In this document: piece by piece, positions 1 to 9,013 of the stretch
Numbering within the stretch: the stretch's first letter is position 1
Layout: the number at the start of each line of letters is the position of its first letter
Origin: Zoogloea sp.
GTDB taxonomy: Bacteria; Pseudomonadota; Gammaproteobacteria; Burkholderiales; Rhodocyclaceae
Assembly: GCF_041904905.1 (NCBI RefSeq)
Contig: NZ_JAYRMI010000003.1
Location: forward strand, 42,370-106,369
DNA: 64,000 bases
Reading direction: 5' to 3'
Notes under the pieces: model-generated
Database searches by the model: none
Seen by the model: the letters and a program-made list of their open reading frames with translations, nothing else
Told to the model about the DNA's origin: nothing
Position numbers and translations under genes: made by a program

Positions 1-68
1 CGGAGAGCAGCCCCCCCAGGGTGTCGATGAGCGTGAAGAGCAGGCTGCCGAACATGGCCATCCTCCCG

Positions 69-881
69 TCAGTCGCGACCGAGCTGGTCGCCCAGCTCAC
101 GCCCGCGCGCTTCGGCGGCCTTCACCGCACGCTCGACGATGGCCGGGAGACCGTCCGCCGCAAAGGACTTGAGCGCCGCCTCGGTGGTGCCGCCCTTGGA
201 GGTGACCCGCTCGCGCAGCACGCCCGGGGATTCCTCGCTGCCGGCGGCCAGCTTCGCGGCGCCGAGCACAGTGTCGATGGCCAGCTTGCGGGCGGTGGCG
301 GCATCGAAACCGATGGCCTCGCCCGATGCCTGCAGGCATTCGATGAAATGGAAGACGTAGGCCGGGCCGCTGCCCGAGATCGCCGTCACCCCGTCGATCT
401 GCGCCTCGTCCGGCACCCACACCGTGCTGCCCACCGCGGAGAGCACCTGCTCTGCCGCGGCACGCCCCGCCGCATCCACCGACGCATCGGCGTACAGGCC
501 GGCGATCCCCGCGCCGATCAGCGCCGGGGTGTTGGGCATGGCGCGCACCAGCTTGCGGTAGTCGCCCAGCCAGCGGCCGATGTCGGCCAGCCGCAGCCCC
601 GCGGCGATGCTCACCACCACCTGCCCGGCGAGCCGACCGGCGATGGGCGCCACGGCCGCCTTCAACTGCTGCGGCTTCACGGCCAGCACCAGCACGTCGC
701 AGGCCAGCGCCTGCTCATCCAGCGCCGCCACCGCCCGCACGCCGAACAGGCCGGAGAGCTTCTCCCGCCCCTCTGCGGTCAGTTCGACCGCCTGCACGCC
801 TGCGGGGTCGAAGCCCTGCTTGACCAGTCCGCCGATCAGGGCCGCCGCCATGTTGCCGCCGCCCAGGAAGGTGATTTTCAT
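69..881 (-). CDS. proC: Pyrroline-5-carboxylate reductase
   Basis: Starts MKITFLGGGNMAAAL (Rossmann fold); RAMPNTPALIG, SGSGPAY and VTSKGGTT motifs; lies downstream of yggS as in many Proteobacteria. Start trimmed to the ATG at 881. Confidence 0.96.
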   Translation of the reverse strand: MKITFLGGGNMAAALIGGLVKQGFDPAGVQAVELTAEGREKLSGLFGVRAVAALDEQALACDVLVLAVKPQQLKAAVAPIAGRLAGQVVVSIAAGLRLADIGRWLGDYRKLVRAMPNTPALIGAGIAGLYADASVDAAGRAAAEQVLSAVGSTVWVPDEAQIDGVTAISGSGPAYVFHFIECLQASGEAIGFDAATARKLAIDTVLGAAKLAAGSEESPGVLRERVTSKGGTTEAALKSFAADGLPAIVERAVKAAEARGRELGDQLGRD

Positions 882-945
882 CGTCTCGGTTCCACCAGAT
901 TTGGTTGAGGAATGCCCGGCGGCGGTGCCGGCCGGGCCGGGTGAA

Positions 946-1650
946 TCAGCTTGTGTAATTGCGCGACCCGAAGATCGCGGTGCCAACGCGGACCATCGTC
1001 GAACCTTCGGCGATGGCGGCTTCGAGATCGTCCGACATGCCCATCGACAGGGTGTCGAGATCGAGCCCATCGGCCCGGAGCTGCGCCATCGACTGGCGCA
1101 AGGCCGCGAAGCGCGAACGCTGCAGGGCCACGTCGGCCGTGGGTTCGGGAATCGTCATCAGCCCGCGCAACCTGAGGCGCGGCAGGCTCGCCACCGCCCG
1201 CGCCAGCCCGGGCAGCTCGGCCAGCGAGACACCGCTCTTGCTGGCCTCGCCGCTCACATTGACCTGGATGCACACCTGCAGCGGCGGCAGGAAAACGTCC
1301 CGCTGCTCCGACAGCCGCTGGGCGATCTTCAGCCGGTCGATGGAATGCACCCAGGCGAAACTGTTGGCCACCGGCCGGGTCTTGTTGCTCTGCAGGGGGC
1401 CGATGAAATGCCACTCCAGGCCCAGATCGGCCAACGCCTCGACCTTGGCCACGCCTTCCTGCACGTAGTTCTCGCCAAAGGCGTGCTGACCGGCGGCGGC
1501 GGCTTCGCGCACGGCGTCGGCCGGCCAGGTCTTGCTGACCGCCAGCAGACGGACCTCCGCGGGGTTGCGACCGGCATCGGCAGCCGCCCGGGCGATGCGC
1601 GCGACAAGGTTTTGGAGGCGGCCGGAGAGGCCTGGCATATAATTGCTCAA
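946..1650 (-). CDS. yggS: PLP homeostasis protein, YggS/PLPBP family
   Basis: [32 protein letters not shown] and VRVGTAIFG motifs; conserved pilT-divergent yggS-proC context. Confidence 0.96.
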   Translation of the reverse strand: MSNYMPGLSGRLQNLVARIARAAADAGRNPAEVRLLAVSKTWPADAVREAAAAGQHAFGENYVQEGVAKVEALADLGLEWHFIGPLQSNKTRPVANSFAWVHSIDRLKIAQRLSEQRDVFLPPLQVCIQVNVSGEASKSGVSLAELPGLARAVASLPRLRLRGLMTIPEPTADVALQRSRFAALRQSMAQLRADGLDLDTLSMGMSDDLEAAIAEGSTMVRVGTAIFGSRNYTS

Positions 1651-1770
1651 CGCTTAATTTCAGGCTGGAAGGGCCGTTGAGTATAGCATTGGCCCTTGAG
1701 CCGGAATCCGGCCCCGGGGCCTGCCCGCAGGCACTACCCGACATTCTCCCCCAGCCCAGAGTCTCCAAAG

Positions 1771-2814
1771 ATGGACATCACCGAACTGCTCGCATTCACC
1801 GTCAAGAACAAGGCGTCCGACCTGCACATCTCCGCCGGTCTGCCGCCGATGATCCGGGTCCACGGCGACGTGCGGCGCATCAACCTGCCCGCCCTGGCCC
1901 ACAAAGACGTGCACGGCATGGTGTACGACATCATGAACGACCAGCAGCGCAAGCAGTACGAAGAGTTCTTCGAGACCGACTTCTCGTTCGAGATCCCCAA
2001 CCTCGCCCGCTTCCGGGTCAACGCCTTCAACCAGAACCGCGGCGCGGCGGCGGTGTTCCGGGTCATTCCCTCCAAGGTGCTGACCCTCGACGAGCTGAAC
2101 TGCCCCAAGATCTTCAAGGACATCTCCAACCAGCCCCGGGGCATCGTGCTGGTCACCGGCCCCACCGGCTCGGGCAAGTCCACGACCCTCGCGGCGATGG
2201 TCGACTACGTAAACGAGAACGAATACGGTCACATCCTCACGGTGGAAGACCCGATCGAATTCGTCCACGAATCCAAGCGCTGCCTCATCAACCAGCGGGA
2301 AGTGTCCCGCGACACCCAGTCGTTCAACGCCGCCCTGCGCTCTGCGCTGCGGGAAGACCCGGACGTGATCCTGGTGGGCGAAATGCGCGATCTGGAAACC
2401 ATCCGCCTCGCCCTCACCGCCGCCGAAACCGGCCACCTGGTGTTCGGCACCCTGCACACCTCGTCCGCCGCCAAGACCATCGACCGTATCGTCGACGTCT
2501 TCCCGGCCGCCGAAAAAGACATGGTGCGCGCGATGATGTCCGAATCCCTGCGCGCGGTAATCTCCCAGACGCTCCTCAAGACCAAGGACGGCACCGGCCG
2601 GGTGGCCGCCCACGAGATCATGATCGGCACCCCCGCCATCCGCAACCTGATCCGCGAGAACAAGGTCGCCCAGATGTATTCGGCGATCCAGACCGGCCAG
2701 AGCGTCGGCATGCAGACCCTCGACCAGTGCCTGGCCGATCTCGTCCGCCGCAACATCGTCTCCGGCGCCGAAGCCCGCCTGCGCGCCGCTAACAAGGACA
2801 GCTTCCCGGTCTGA
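1771..2814 (+). CDS. pilT: Type IV pilus retraction ATPase PilT
   Basis: MDITELLAF start; Walker A GPTGSGKST; EDPIE; LREDPDVILVGEMRD; TLHT; AIRNLIRE motif. Confidence 0.97.
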   Translation: MDITELLAFTVKNKASDLHISAGLPPMIRVHGDVRRINLPALAHKDVHGMVYDIMNDQQRKQYEEFFETDFSFEIPNLARFRVNAFNQNRGAAAVFRVIPSKVLTLDELNCPKIFKDISNQPRGIVLVTGPTGSGKSTTLAAMVDYVNENEYGHILTVEDPIEFVHESKRCLINQREVSRDTQSFNAALRSALREDPDVILVGEMRDLETIRLALTAAETGHLVFGTLHTSSAAKTIDRIVDVFPAAEKDMVRAMMSESLRAVISQTLLKTKDGTGRVAAHEIMIGTPAIRNLIRENKVAQMYSAIQTGQSVGMQTLDQCLADLVRRNIVSGAEARLRAANKDSFPV

Positions 2815-2871
2815 CCCCGCCTTACCGAATTCGACCCCGCCGGCCCCTGCCGGCAGCCACAGGAATCCACC

Positions 2872-4005
2872 ATGGAACGCGATCAGGCCCTCAAGTTCAT
2901 GCATGACCTGCTGAAGCTCATGCTTCAGAAGAACGGCTCCGACCTCTTCATCACCGCCAACTTTCCGCCCGCCATCAAGATCGACGGCAAGATCGTGCCG
3001 CAGTCCAACCAGCAGCTCACCCACACCCACACCGCCGAACTGGCGCGGGTGGTGATGAACGACCGTCAGGCGGCCGAGTTCGAAGCCACCAAGGAATGCA
3101 ACTTCGCGATCTCCCCGCCGGGCATCGGCCGCTTCCGGGCCAACGCCTTCATCCAGCAGGGCCAGGTGGGCCTGATCCTGCGGACCATCCCGCAAAAGAT
3201 CCCCAACTTCGACGAACTCGGCCTGCCGCCGGTGCTCAAGGATATCGCCATGTCCAAGCGCGGGCTGGTGATCTTCGTCGGCGGCACCGGCACCGGCAAG
3301 ACCACCTCGCTGGCGGCGATGGTGGATTACCGCAACGAGAAGAGCTTCGGCCACATCATCACGATCGAAGACCCGATCGAGTTCGTGCACGCCCACAAGA
3401 ACTGCATCGTCACCCAACGCGAGGTGGGCATCGACACAGACTCGTGGGAACCGGCCCTCAAGAACACCCTCCGGCAGGCGCCCGACGTGATCCTGATGGG
3501 CGAAATCCGCGACCGGGAGACGATGGACTACGCCATCGCCTTCGCCGAAACCGGTCACCTGTGCCTGGCCACCCTGCACGCCAACAGCGCCAACCAGGCC
3601 ATCGACCGGATCATCAACTTCTTCCCCGAAGAGCGCCGTCACCAGCTGCTGATGGATCTGTCGCTCAACCTGCGGGCGCTGATCTCCCAGCGCCTCCTGC
3701 CCATGTGCGACCGCAAGGGCCGGGTGCCGGCGGTGGAGGTCATGCTCAACTCGCCGCTCATCTCCGACCTGATCTTCAAGGGCGAGATCCCGGGCATCAA
3801 GGAGGTGATGAAGCGCTCCAGCGACCTGGGCATGCAGACCTTCGACCAGAGCCTGTTCGACCTCTACGAGCGCAACCTCATCACCTACGAGGACGCCCTG
3901 CGCAACGCCGACTCGATGAACGACCTGCGCCTGCAGATCAAGCTCAAGAGCAAGCGCGGCGACCGCGACGTGCTCTCCGGCATCCAGAACCTGGACATCG
4001 TTTAA
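2872..4005 (+). CDS. pilU: Type IV pilus retraction ATPase PilU
   Basis: PilT paralog directly downstream; GGTGTGKTT, EDPIE, LRQAPDVILMGEIRD, TLHANSANQAIDRIINFFPEE. Confidence 0.95.
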   Translation: MERDQALKFMHDLLKLMLQKNGSDLFITANFPPAIKIDGKIVPQSNQQLTHTHTAELARVVMNDRQAAEFEATKECNFAISPPGIGRFRANAFIQQGQVGLILRTIPQKIPNFDELGLPPVLKDIAMSKRGLVIFVGGTGTGKTTSLAAMVDYRNEKSFGHIITIEDPIEFVHAHKNCIVTQREVGIDTDSWEPALKNTLRQAPDVILMGEIRDRETMDYAIAFAETGHLCLATLHANSANQAIDRIINFFPEERRHQLLMDLSLNLRALISQRLLPMCDRKGRVPAVEVMLNSPLISDLIFKGEIPGIKEVMKRSSDLGMQTFDQSLFDLYERNLITYEDALRNADSMNDLRLQIKLKSKRGDRDVLSGIQNLDIV

Positions 4006-4009
4006 TGCC

Positions 4010-4108
4010 GTGAGGAGTGATGAGAGAGGAGTGAGGCGCCAGCGCTGACGATCGTCAGCGCACACGCGCAGATAACGGCCACCTCACTCCTGACTCCTCA
4101 CTCCTCAC
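4010..4108. repeat. Palindromic intergenic element with GTGAGGA heptamer arms, copy 1
   Basis: Left arm GTGAGGA GTGATGA GAGAGGA GTGAGG; right arm CCTCAC TCCTGAC TCCTCAC TCCTCAC; perfect 20-bp internal palindrome GCGCTGACGATCGTCAGCGC at 4042-4061. Confidence 0.88.
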
Positions 4109-5255
4109 CGCCCTTGGGCTTGCGAGCCGAACCCGTCACCATCAGGTATTCGAACAGCCGGCACTCGATGGCGCCGTTGAAGAGCGGCGTGCGCTTGCTG
4201 GCCTTGAGGCGCACGCCCTTGGGCAGCAGCGGGTCGCCGGTGAAGAAGTACGCCCGCCAGCCGCTCCAGTTGGCTTTCAGGGCGTCGCCCAACTTCGGGT
4301 AGAAGGCTTCGAGTTCCGACGTATCCGACAACCGCACGCCGTAGGGCGGGTTGGCCACCAGCACGCCGCTCGCCGCCGGCGCCTTGCGGTCGAGCAGATC
4401 CATCCGCTCCAGCTCCACGCAGCCCTCCAGCCCGGCGCTGCGCAGATTGACGAAGCTCTTGCGCACCTGATCCTCGACGATGTCCGAGCCGTAGATGGGC
4501 AGCGGACGCGGCGCCTGCCGGCGGGCGTCGGCCGCCTTGCGGATCGGCAGCCAGGTGTCCCGCTCGAAATGCTTGAAGCGCTCGAACGCGAAATGCCGGC
4601 CCAGGCCCGGCGCCACGTCGAGGGCCATCTGGGCCGCCTCGATGAGGAAGGTGCCGCTGCCGCACATCGGGTCGCACAACGCCTCCTCGCCGGGCTGCCA
4701 GCCGGTGAGGCGCAGGATGCCGGCGGCGAGGTTTTCCTTCAGCGGCGCCTCGACCGCCGCCGACTTGAAGCCGCGCTTGTAGAGCGGCTCGCCCGAGGTA
4801 TCGAGATACAGCGTCACCGTATCGGCCGACAGGAAGGCATGCACGCGGATGTCCGGCGCCTGGGTGTTCACATCCGGCCGACGGCCGACAATGGTGCGGA
4901 AGTGGTCGCACACCGCGTCCTTGATCTTCAGCGTCGCAAACTCCAGGCTGCGCAGCGGCGACTTGTGGGCGGTGACGAACACCCGGATCGTCTCGTCCGG
5001 CGTGAACCACTTGGCCCAGGTGGGCGCGTAGGCGATGCGGTAAATGTCGTCCTCGTTGCGGTAGCGGCCCATCGAGACCTGCCACAGCACGCGGGTGGCG
5101 ATCCGGCTTTCCAGGTTGGCGCGATAGCACAGCGCCCAGTCGCCGGAAAACTGCACGCCGCCGGGCACGGCCTTCGGATCGGTGGCGCCGATGGCACGGA
5201 GTTCATCGGCAAGAAGCGGCTCGAGGCCGCGGGGGCAAGGGGCAAAGAAGTTCAA
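4098..5255 (-). CDS. rlmL: THUMP-domain class I SAM-dependent rRNA methyltransferase (stand-alone RlmL-like, 23S m2G2445)
   Basis: FFAPCPRGLE N-terminus; LYLDTSGEPLYKRG; APLKENLAAGIL; DPMCGSGT; NPPYG. TTG start. No RlmK C-terminal domain. Confidence 0.88.
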   Translation of the reverse strand: MNFFAPCPRGLEPLLADELRAIGATDPKAVPGGVQFSGDWALCYRANLESRIATRVLWQVSMGRYRNEDDIYRIAYAPTWAKWFTPDETIRVFVTAHKSPLRSLEFATLKIKDAVCDHFRTIVGRRPDVNTQAPDIRVHAFLSADTVTLYLDTSGEPLYKRGFKSAAVEAPLKENLAAGILRLTGWQPGEEALCDPMCGSGTFLIEAAQMALDVAPGLGRHFAFERFKHFERDTWLPIRKAADARRQAPRPLPIYGSDIVEDQVRKSFVNLRSAGLEGCVELERMDLLDRKAPAASGVLVANPPYGVRLSDTSELEAFYPKLGDALKANWSGWRAYFFTGDPLLPKGVRLKASKRTPLFNGAIECRLFEYLMVTGSARKPKGGEE

Positions 5256-5290
5256 GGCAGCAATCCGGTTCGGAAATCAGGTTCGGTCGA

Positions 5291-5707
5291 TCAGAAGGGC
5301 TTCAGCACGACGAGGAAGACGCAGGCGAACAGCACCAGCACCGGCACCTCGTTGAAGAAGCGGTACCACACGTGGCTGCGGGTGTTGCGCCCTTCGGCAA
5401 AGGCCCGCATCAGCCGGCCGCAATACAGGTGATAGACGATCAGGAAGGTGACCAGCGTCGTCTTGACGTGCAGCCAGCCGCCGGTAAAGCCGAAGCCAAA
5501 CCACAGCCACATGCCCAGCGCCACGGCGAGGATGCCCAACGGCGTCATGAAGCGGTAGAGCTTGTTCTCCATCAGCGCGAGGCGATCCAGCGTGGCCTTG
5601 TCGGTGGCCATGGCGTGATTCACGAACAGCCGCGGCAGGTAGAACAGGCCGGCAAACCAGCTGGTGACGAAGATGATGTGCAGGGCTTTGATACTCAGAA
5701 AAAGCAT
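5291..5707 (-). CDS. hemJ: Protoporphyrinogen oxidase HemJ / CopD-family membrane protein
   Basis: KALHIIFVTSWFAGLFYLPRLFVNH and WYRFFNEVP motifs; four hydrophobic helices. Confidence 0.85.
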   Translation of the reverse strand: MLFLSIKALHIIFVTSWFAGLFYLPRLFVNHAMATDKATLDRLALMENKLYRFMTPLGILAVALGMWLWFGFGFTGGWLHVKTTLVTFLIVYHLYCGRLMRAFAEGRNTRSHVWYRFFNEVPVLVLFACVFLVVLKPF

Positions 5708-5730
5708 GATTCAGGCTCGAAGGTAGGAAA

Positions 5731-6627
5731 TCAGGAAACCGCCAGACGACGCGCACGCAACGCGTCGGCCACGGTGGGATACATCAGGCGGGCGCGCAGT
5801 TCCCGCTTGATGCGGTCGTTCTTGAGGCGCCGCGATTCGGACATGAACGACAGGGTGAGCGGCGACAGCCGCCCGACCAGCTCGGCCCGGGGCAGCCGCG
5901 GCGGGCGCGGCAGGCCAAGCGCGTCGGCCACCAGATCGAAGTACTCGCCCATCTGCAGGCAGCTGTCGTCCGACGCGTTGTAGGCCCGGCCGGGCCGCCC
6001 GCGGAACAGCGCCAACCCCAGCAGGCGGGCCAGGTCGTCGGCGTGGATATGGTTGGTGAACACGTCGTCCGCGGGCGTCAGCACCGGGTCGCCCTTTTCG
6101 AGACGCGCCACCGGCAGGCGGTCGCCCCCGTCGTAAATACCGGGCGCCCGGAGCAGGCTGACCCGGCACCCGCTGCGCTGGCCGAAGCGCCTCAGGTGGC
6201 GTTCGGCTGCAACGCGCCGCACCGCCCGGCCCGAGGCCGGACGCGGCGCCCGGGTTTCGTCCAGCCAATCGCCGGCGCAGTCGCCGTACACCCCCGTTGT
6301 ACTTATGTAGATGAGCCGTCGTGGTAGACTCGCGCGATGCGCCAGCGCGGCGAGAAGACGGCGTGTACGCAGATCATCGCAACCCAAATTGGGCGGCGGC
6401 GCACAGTGCAGGATGTAGTCGGCAATACCCGCCAGACGGCCCAGGCTTTCCGGCCTGTCGAGGTCGGCGAGCACGGTGCTGGCACCGAGCGCCCTCAGGG
6501 CCGCACGCTCTTCCGGGCGGCGGACCACCGCGCAGACACGGAAGCGGCGGCACAACCAGGGGATGATCCGGCGCGCCACGTCGCCGCTGCCGACGATCAG
6601 GACTTGCTTCATTTTTCGACGTTTCAT
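5731..6627 (-). CDS. Atypical SDR / NAD-dependent epimerase-dehydratase (YeeZ-like)
   Basis: VLIVGSGDVA, YISTTGVYGD, LRAPGIYD and FTNHIHADDLA motifs. The true start may be the second Met (MKQVL). Confidence 0.85.
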   Translation of the reverse strand: MKRRKMKQVLIVGSGDVARRIIPWLCRRFRVCAVVRRPEERAALRALGASTVLADLDRPESLGRLAGIADYILHCAPPPNLGCDDLRTRRLLAALAHRASLPRRLIYISTTGVYGDCAGDWLDETRAPRPASGRAVRRVAAERHLRRFGQRSGCRVSLLRAPGIYDGGDRLPVARLEKGDPVLTPADDVFTNHIHADDLARLLGLALFRGRPGRAYNASDDSCLQMGEYFDLVADALGLPRPPRLPRAELVGRLSPLTLSFMSESRRLKNDRIKRELRARLMYPTVADALRARRLAVS

Positions 6628-6654
6628 TTAACGATTATCTCACGGCCACTCATC

Positions 6655-7683
6655 ATGTCGTTCCAGGTCACCCTCCAGCCCAGCGGACTCGACTTCCCAG
6701 CGTCTGCCGACGAAACCGTTCTCGAGGCAGCCCTGTCCGCCGGCCTGCTGCTCCCCTACAGCTGTCGTGACGGCGCCTGCGGCGTGTGCAAGAGCAAGGT
6801 GCTCTCCGGCGAGGTGGATCTGGGCCGCTTCGGCGACAGCACCCTTACCCAGGCCGAGCGCGATGCCGGCATGGCCCTGCTGTGCTGCGCCAGCCCCCGC
6901 TCCGACCTCGTCGTCGAAGTGCGTCAGGTAAGCCGGGCCGGCGAAATCCAGGTCAAGAAGCTGCCCTGCCGGGTGCAGAAGCTCGTGCGCGCCGCCGACG
7001 ACGTGATCGTCCTCGAGATCCGCCTGCCGGCGACCGAGAAATTCCAGTTCGTCGCCGGCCAGTACATCGACTTCCTGCTCGCCGACGGCAAGCGCCGCAG
7101 CTTCTCCATCGCCAACGCCCCCACCGGCGCCGACTTCCTCGAACTGCACATCCGCCACGTGCCCGGCGGCCTGTTCACCACCCACGTCTTCGACAAGCTC
7201 AAGGAGAAGGACATCCTGCGCTTCGAGGGCCCGCTGGGCGGCTTCCGGCTCGACGAAAGCTCCAAGCGCCCGGTGGTGCTGCTGGCCGGCGGAACCGGCT
7301 TCGCACCGATCAAGAGCATCGTCGAACACGCCATCGCCGCCGGCATCCAGCGCCCGATGACGCTCTACTGGGGCAGCCGCAACCGCGCCGGGCTGTATCA
7401 GTACGACGTGGCGAAGGGCTGGGAAGCGCGGCTCCCGGGCTTCCGGTTCGTGCCGGTGCTGTCCGACAGCCCGACCGACGAAGGCTGGACCGGCCGCACC
7501 GGCCTGGCCCACGCCGCCCTCATGGCCGATCTGCCCGACCTCTCGGGCCACGAAGTCTATGCCTGCGGCTCGCCGGCGATGATCGACTCGGCCCGCGCCG
7601 ATCTCGTCCGCCAGTGCGGCCTGCCCGCCGACGCCTTCCACGCCGACGCCTTCAGCTTCTCGAACGACGCCAAGGCTGGCTGA
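6655..7683 (+). CDS. 2Fe-2S ferredoxin-NAD(P)H oxidoreductase (CDP-6-deoxy-glucoseen reductase family)
   Basis: PYSCRDGACGVC...LLCC 2Fe-2S motif; AGQYIDF, RSFSIAN, LAGGTGFAP, YACGSPAM. Confidence 0.92.
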   Translation: MSFQVTLQPSGLDFPASADETVLEAALSAGLLLPYSCRDGACGVCKSKVLSGEVDLGRFGDSTLTQAERDAGMALLCCASPRSDLVVEVRQVSRAGEIQVKKLPCRVQKLVRAADDVIVLEIRLPATEKFQFVAGQYIDFLLADGKRRSFSIANAPTGADFLELHIRHVPGGLFTTHVFDKLKEKDILRFEGPLGGFRLDESSKRPVVLLAGGTGFAPIKSIVEHAIAAGIQRPMTLYWGSRNRAGLYQYDVAKGWEARLPGFRFVPVLSDSPTDEGWTGRTGLAHAALMADLPDLSGHEVYACGSPAMIDSARADLVRQCGLPADAFHADAFSFSNDAKAG

Positions 7684-7704
7684 GCCGGCACCGGAACCCC
7701 GCCC

Positions 7705-8844
7705 ATGAGCAACGCCGTACTGATTACCCGAGAACCCGTAATCAACAAGCAGTACAAGATCACCGCCAACCGGCTGATCGTCCATGCGTCCTCCGTCGGG
7801 CAGGCAGTGGAAACCCTGTCGAATCTGGCCGACGTGTGGCCCGCCACCCACCCGGTCTTCGTGAGCCTCTACCGGCTGGTCCCCACCCCCGACCTGCTCG
7901 TCTGGCGCGCGCCGCCCAACGCGATGGTGGAGATCCCCACCCAGGCGATCGCCCACCCCCTCACGCTGGCGCTGATCCCTCGGCTCAAGGCCGCCGGCAT
8001 CAGCCTCAACCTCACCTGGTATCAGCCCGACACCGTCGTCCCGCCGGACGTCCCGTGGCGCTTCGTCATCATCGACGCCAAACGGCAGCCCGTGCCGCTC
8101 GCCCCGCCGGGCCTGGCAATCGCCTGGGGCCTGCAGGACGTGCCGGAGTTCCGTAACGCCATCGTGGGTGGCTTCGACGGCGCCTCGGGCTGGTTCTTCC
8201 TGCACGGCGTGAAGACCGACGGCAAGCTCGCGCCCTCCCACGCCCAGATCGTCCGGCTGCTCAATCTGGTGCGAAAAAATGCCGAAGTCAAGGAAATCGA
8301 AAATGTCCTGAAGCAGGACGTGGCGCTGTCATACAAATTGTTGCGTTACATCAATTCTGCCGGTTTCGGGTTGATGTGCGAGATTCAATCCTTCCGCCAC
8401 GCGGTGTCGATCCTGGGCTACGACAAGCTCCACAAGTGGCTCTCGGTGCTGCTGATTTCCGCCAGCCGCGACCCCTCCGCCCCGGCCCTGATGCAGACCG
8501 CGATCGCCCGTGGACGCTTCATGGAGCAGATCGGCGCAGCCTTTTTCGAGAAGTCCGAGCTGGACAACCTGTTCATCACCGGCGCCTTCTCGATGCTTCA
8601 CCTGCTGCTGGGTGCCAGCCTTCAATCGGCGCTCGAGGAGATGAATCTTCCCGCGCCGATCTGCGACGCCCTGCTGGGCGGAGATGGCGTTTATGCACCT
8701 TTCCTCAAACTTGCGCGGGCGCTGGAGAGCTTCGACGACAAGCATCTGGCCGCCCTCGCCGATGACCTTCACATCACGCCGGAGCACATCAACCGGGCAC
8801 ACCTTGAAGCGCTCTCCTTCGCAGACAGCCTGCAGTTCGGCTGA
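7705..8844 (+). CDS. Eroded EAL-like plus HDOD domain signalling protein (YuxH/PdeH-like)
   Basis: C-terminal LKQDVALSYKLLRYINSAGFG...IQSFRHAVSILG and FITGAFSML HDOD motifs; N-terminal REPVI...ANRL is a decayed RQPI...GYEL. Confidence 0.82.
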   Translation: MSNAVLITREPVINKQYKITANRLIVHASSVGQAVETLSNLADVWPATHPVFVSLYRLVPTPDLLVWRAPPNAMVEIPTQAIAHPLTLALIPRLKAAGISLNLTWYQPDTVVPPDVPWRFVIIDAKRQPVPLAPPGLAIAWGLQDVPEFRNAIVGGFDGASGWFFLHGVKTDGKLAPSHAQIVRLLNLVRKNAEVKEIENVLKQDVALSYKLLRYINSAGFGLMCEIQSFRHAVSILGYDKLHKWLSVLLISASRDPSAPALMQTAIARGRFMEQIGAAFFEKSELDNLFITGAFSMLHLLLGASLQSALEEMNLPAPICDALLGGDGVYAPFLKLARALESFDDKHLAALADDLHITPEHINRAHLEALSFADSLQFG

Positions 8845-9013
8845 ATCCCGCGCGGCCAAAGGCGGGGCGGTGCGCAAACTCTTCATAACGGCGCGAACTG
8901 GGTCACGCTCGGTTGCGCGTGCCCCGGTGTGGGCGAGCATAAGTCACAGGCGAGAGCCGGGAGGGTACGGTTAGAATCCAAAGCACTAAATCTGTGAAAT
9001 ACGTGCTTCATTC

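Noticed and set aside
1660-4065. 801-aa minus-strand ORF
   Set aside because: Antisense shadow of pilT-pilU; long shadow ORFs are expected at this GC content and it has no motifs.
4010-4108. Heptamer element as a CRISPR repeat or tRNA
   Set aside because: No repeat-spacer array and no cloverleaf or T-loop motifs.
4098-5255. Truncated bifunctional RlmKL pseudogene
   Set aside because: Stand-alone RlmL of this length is normal in Betaproteobacteria and its motifs are complete.
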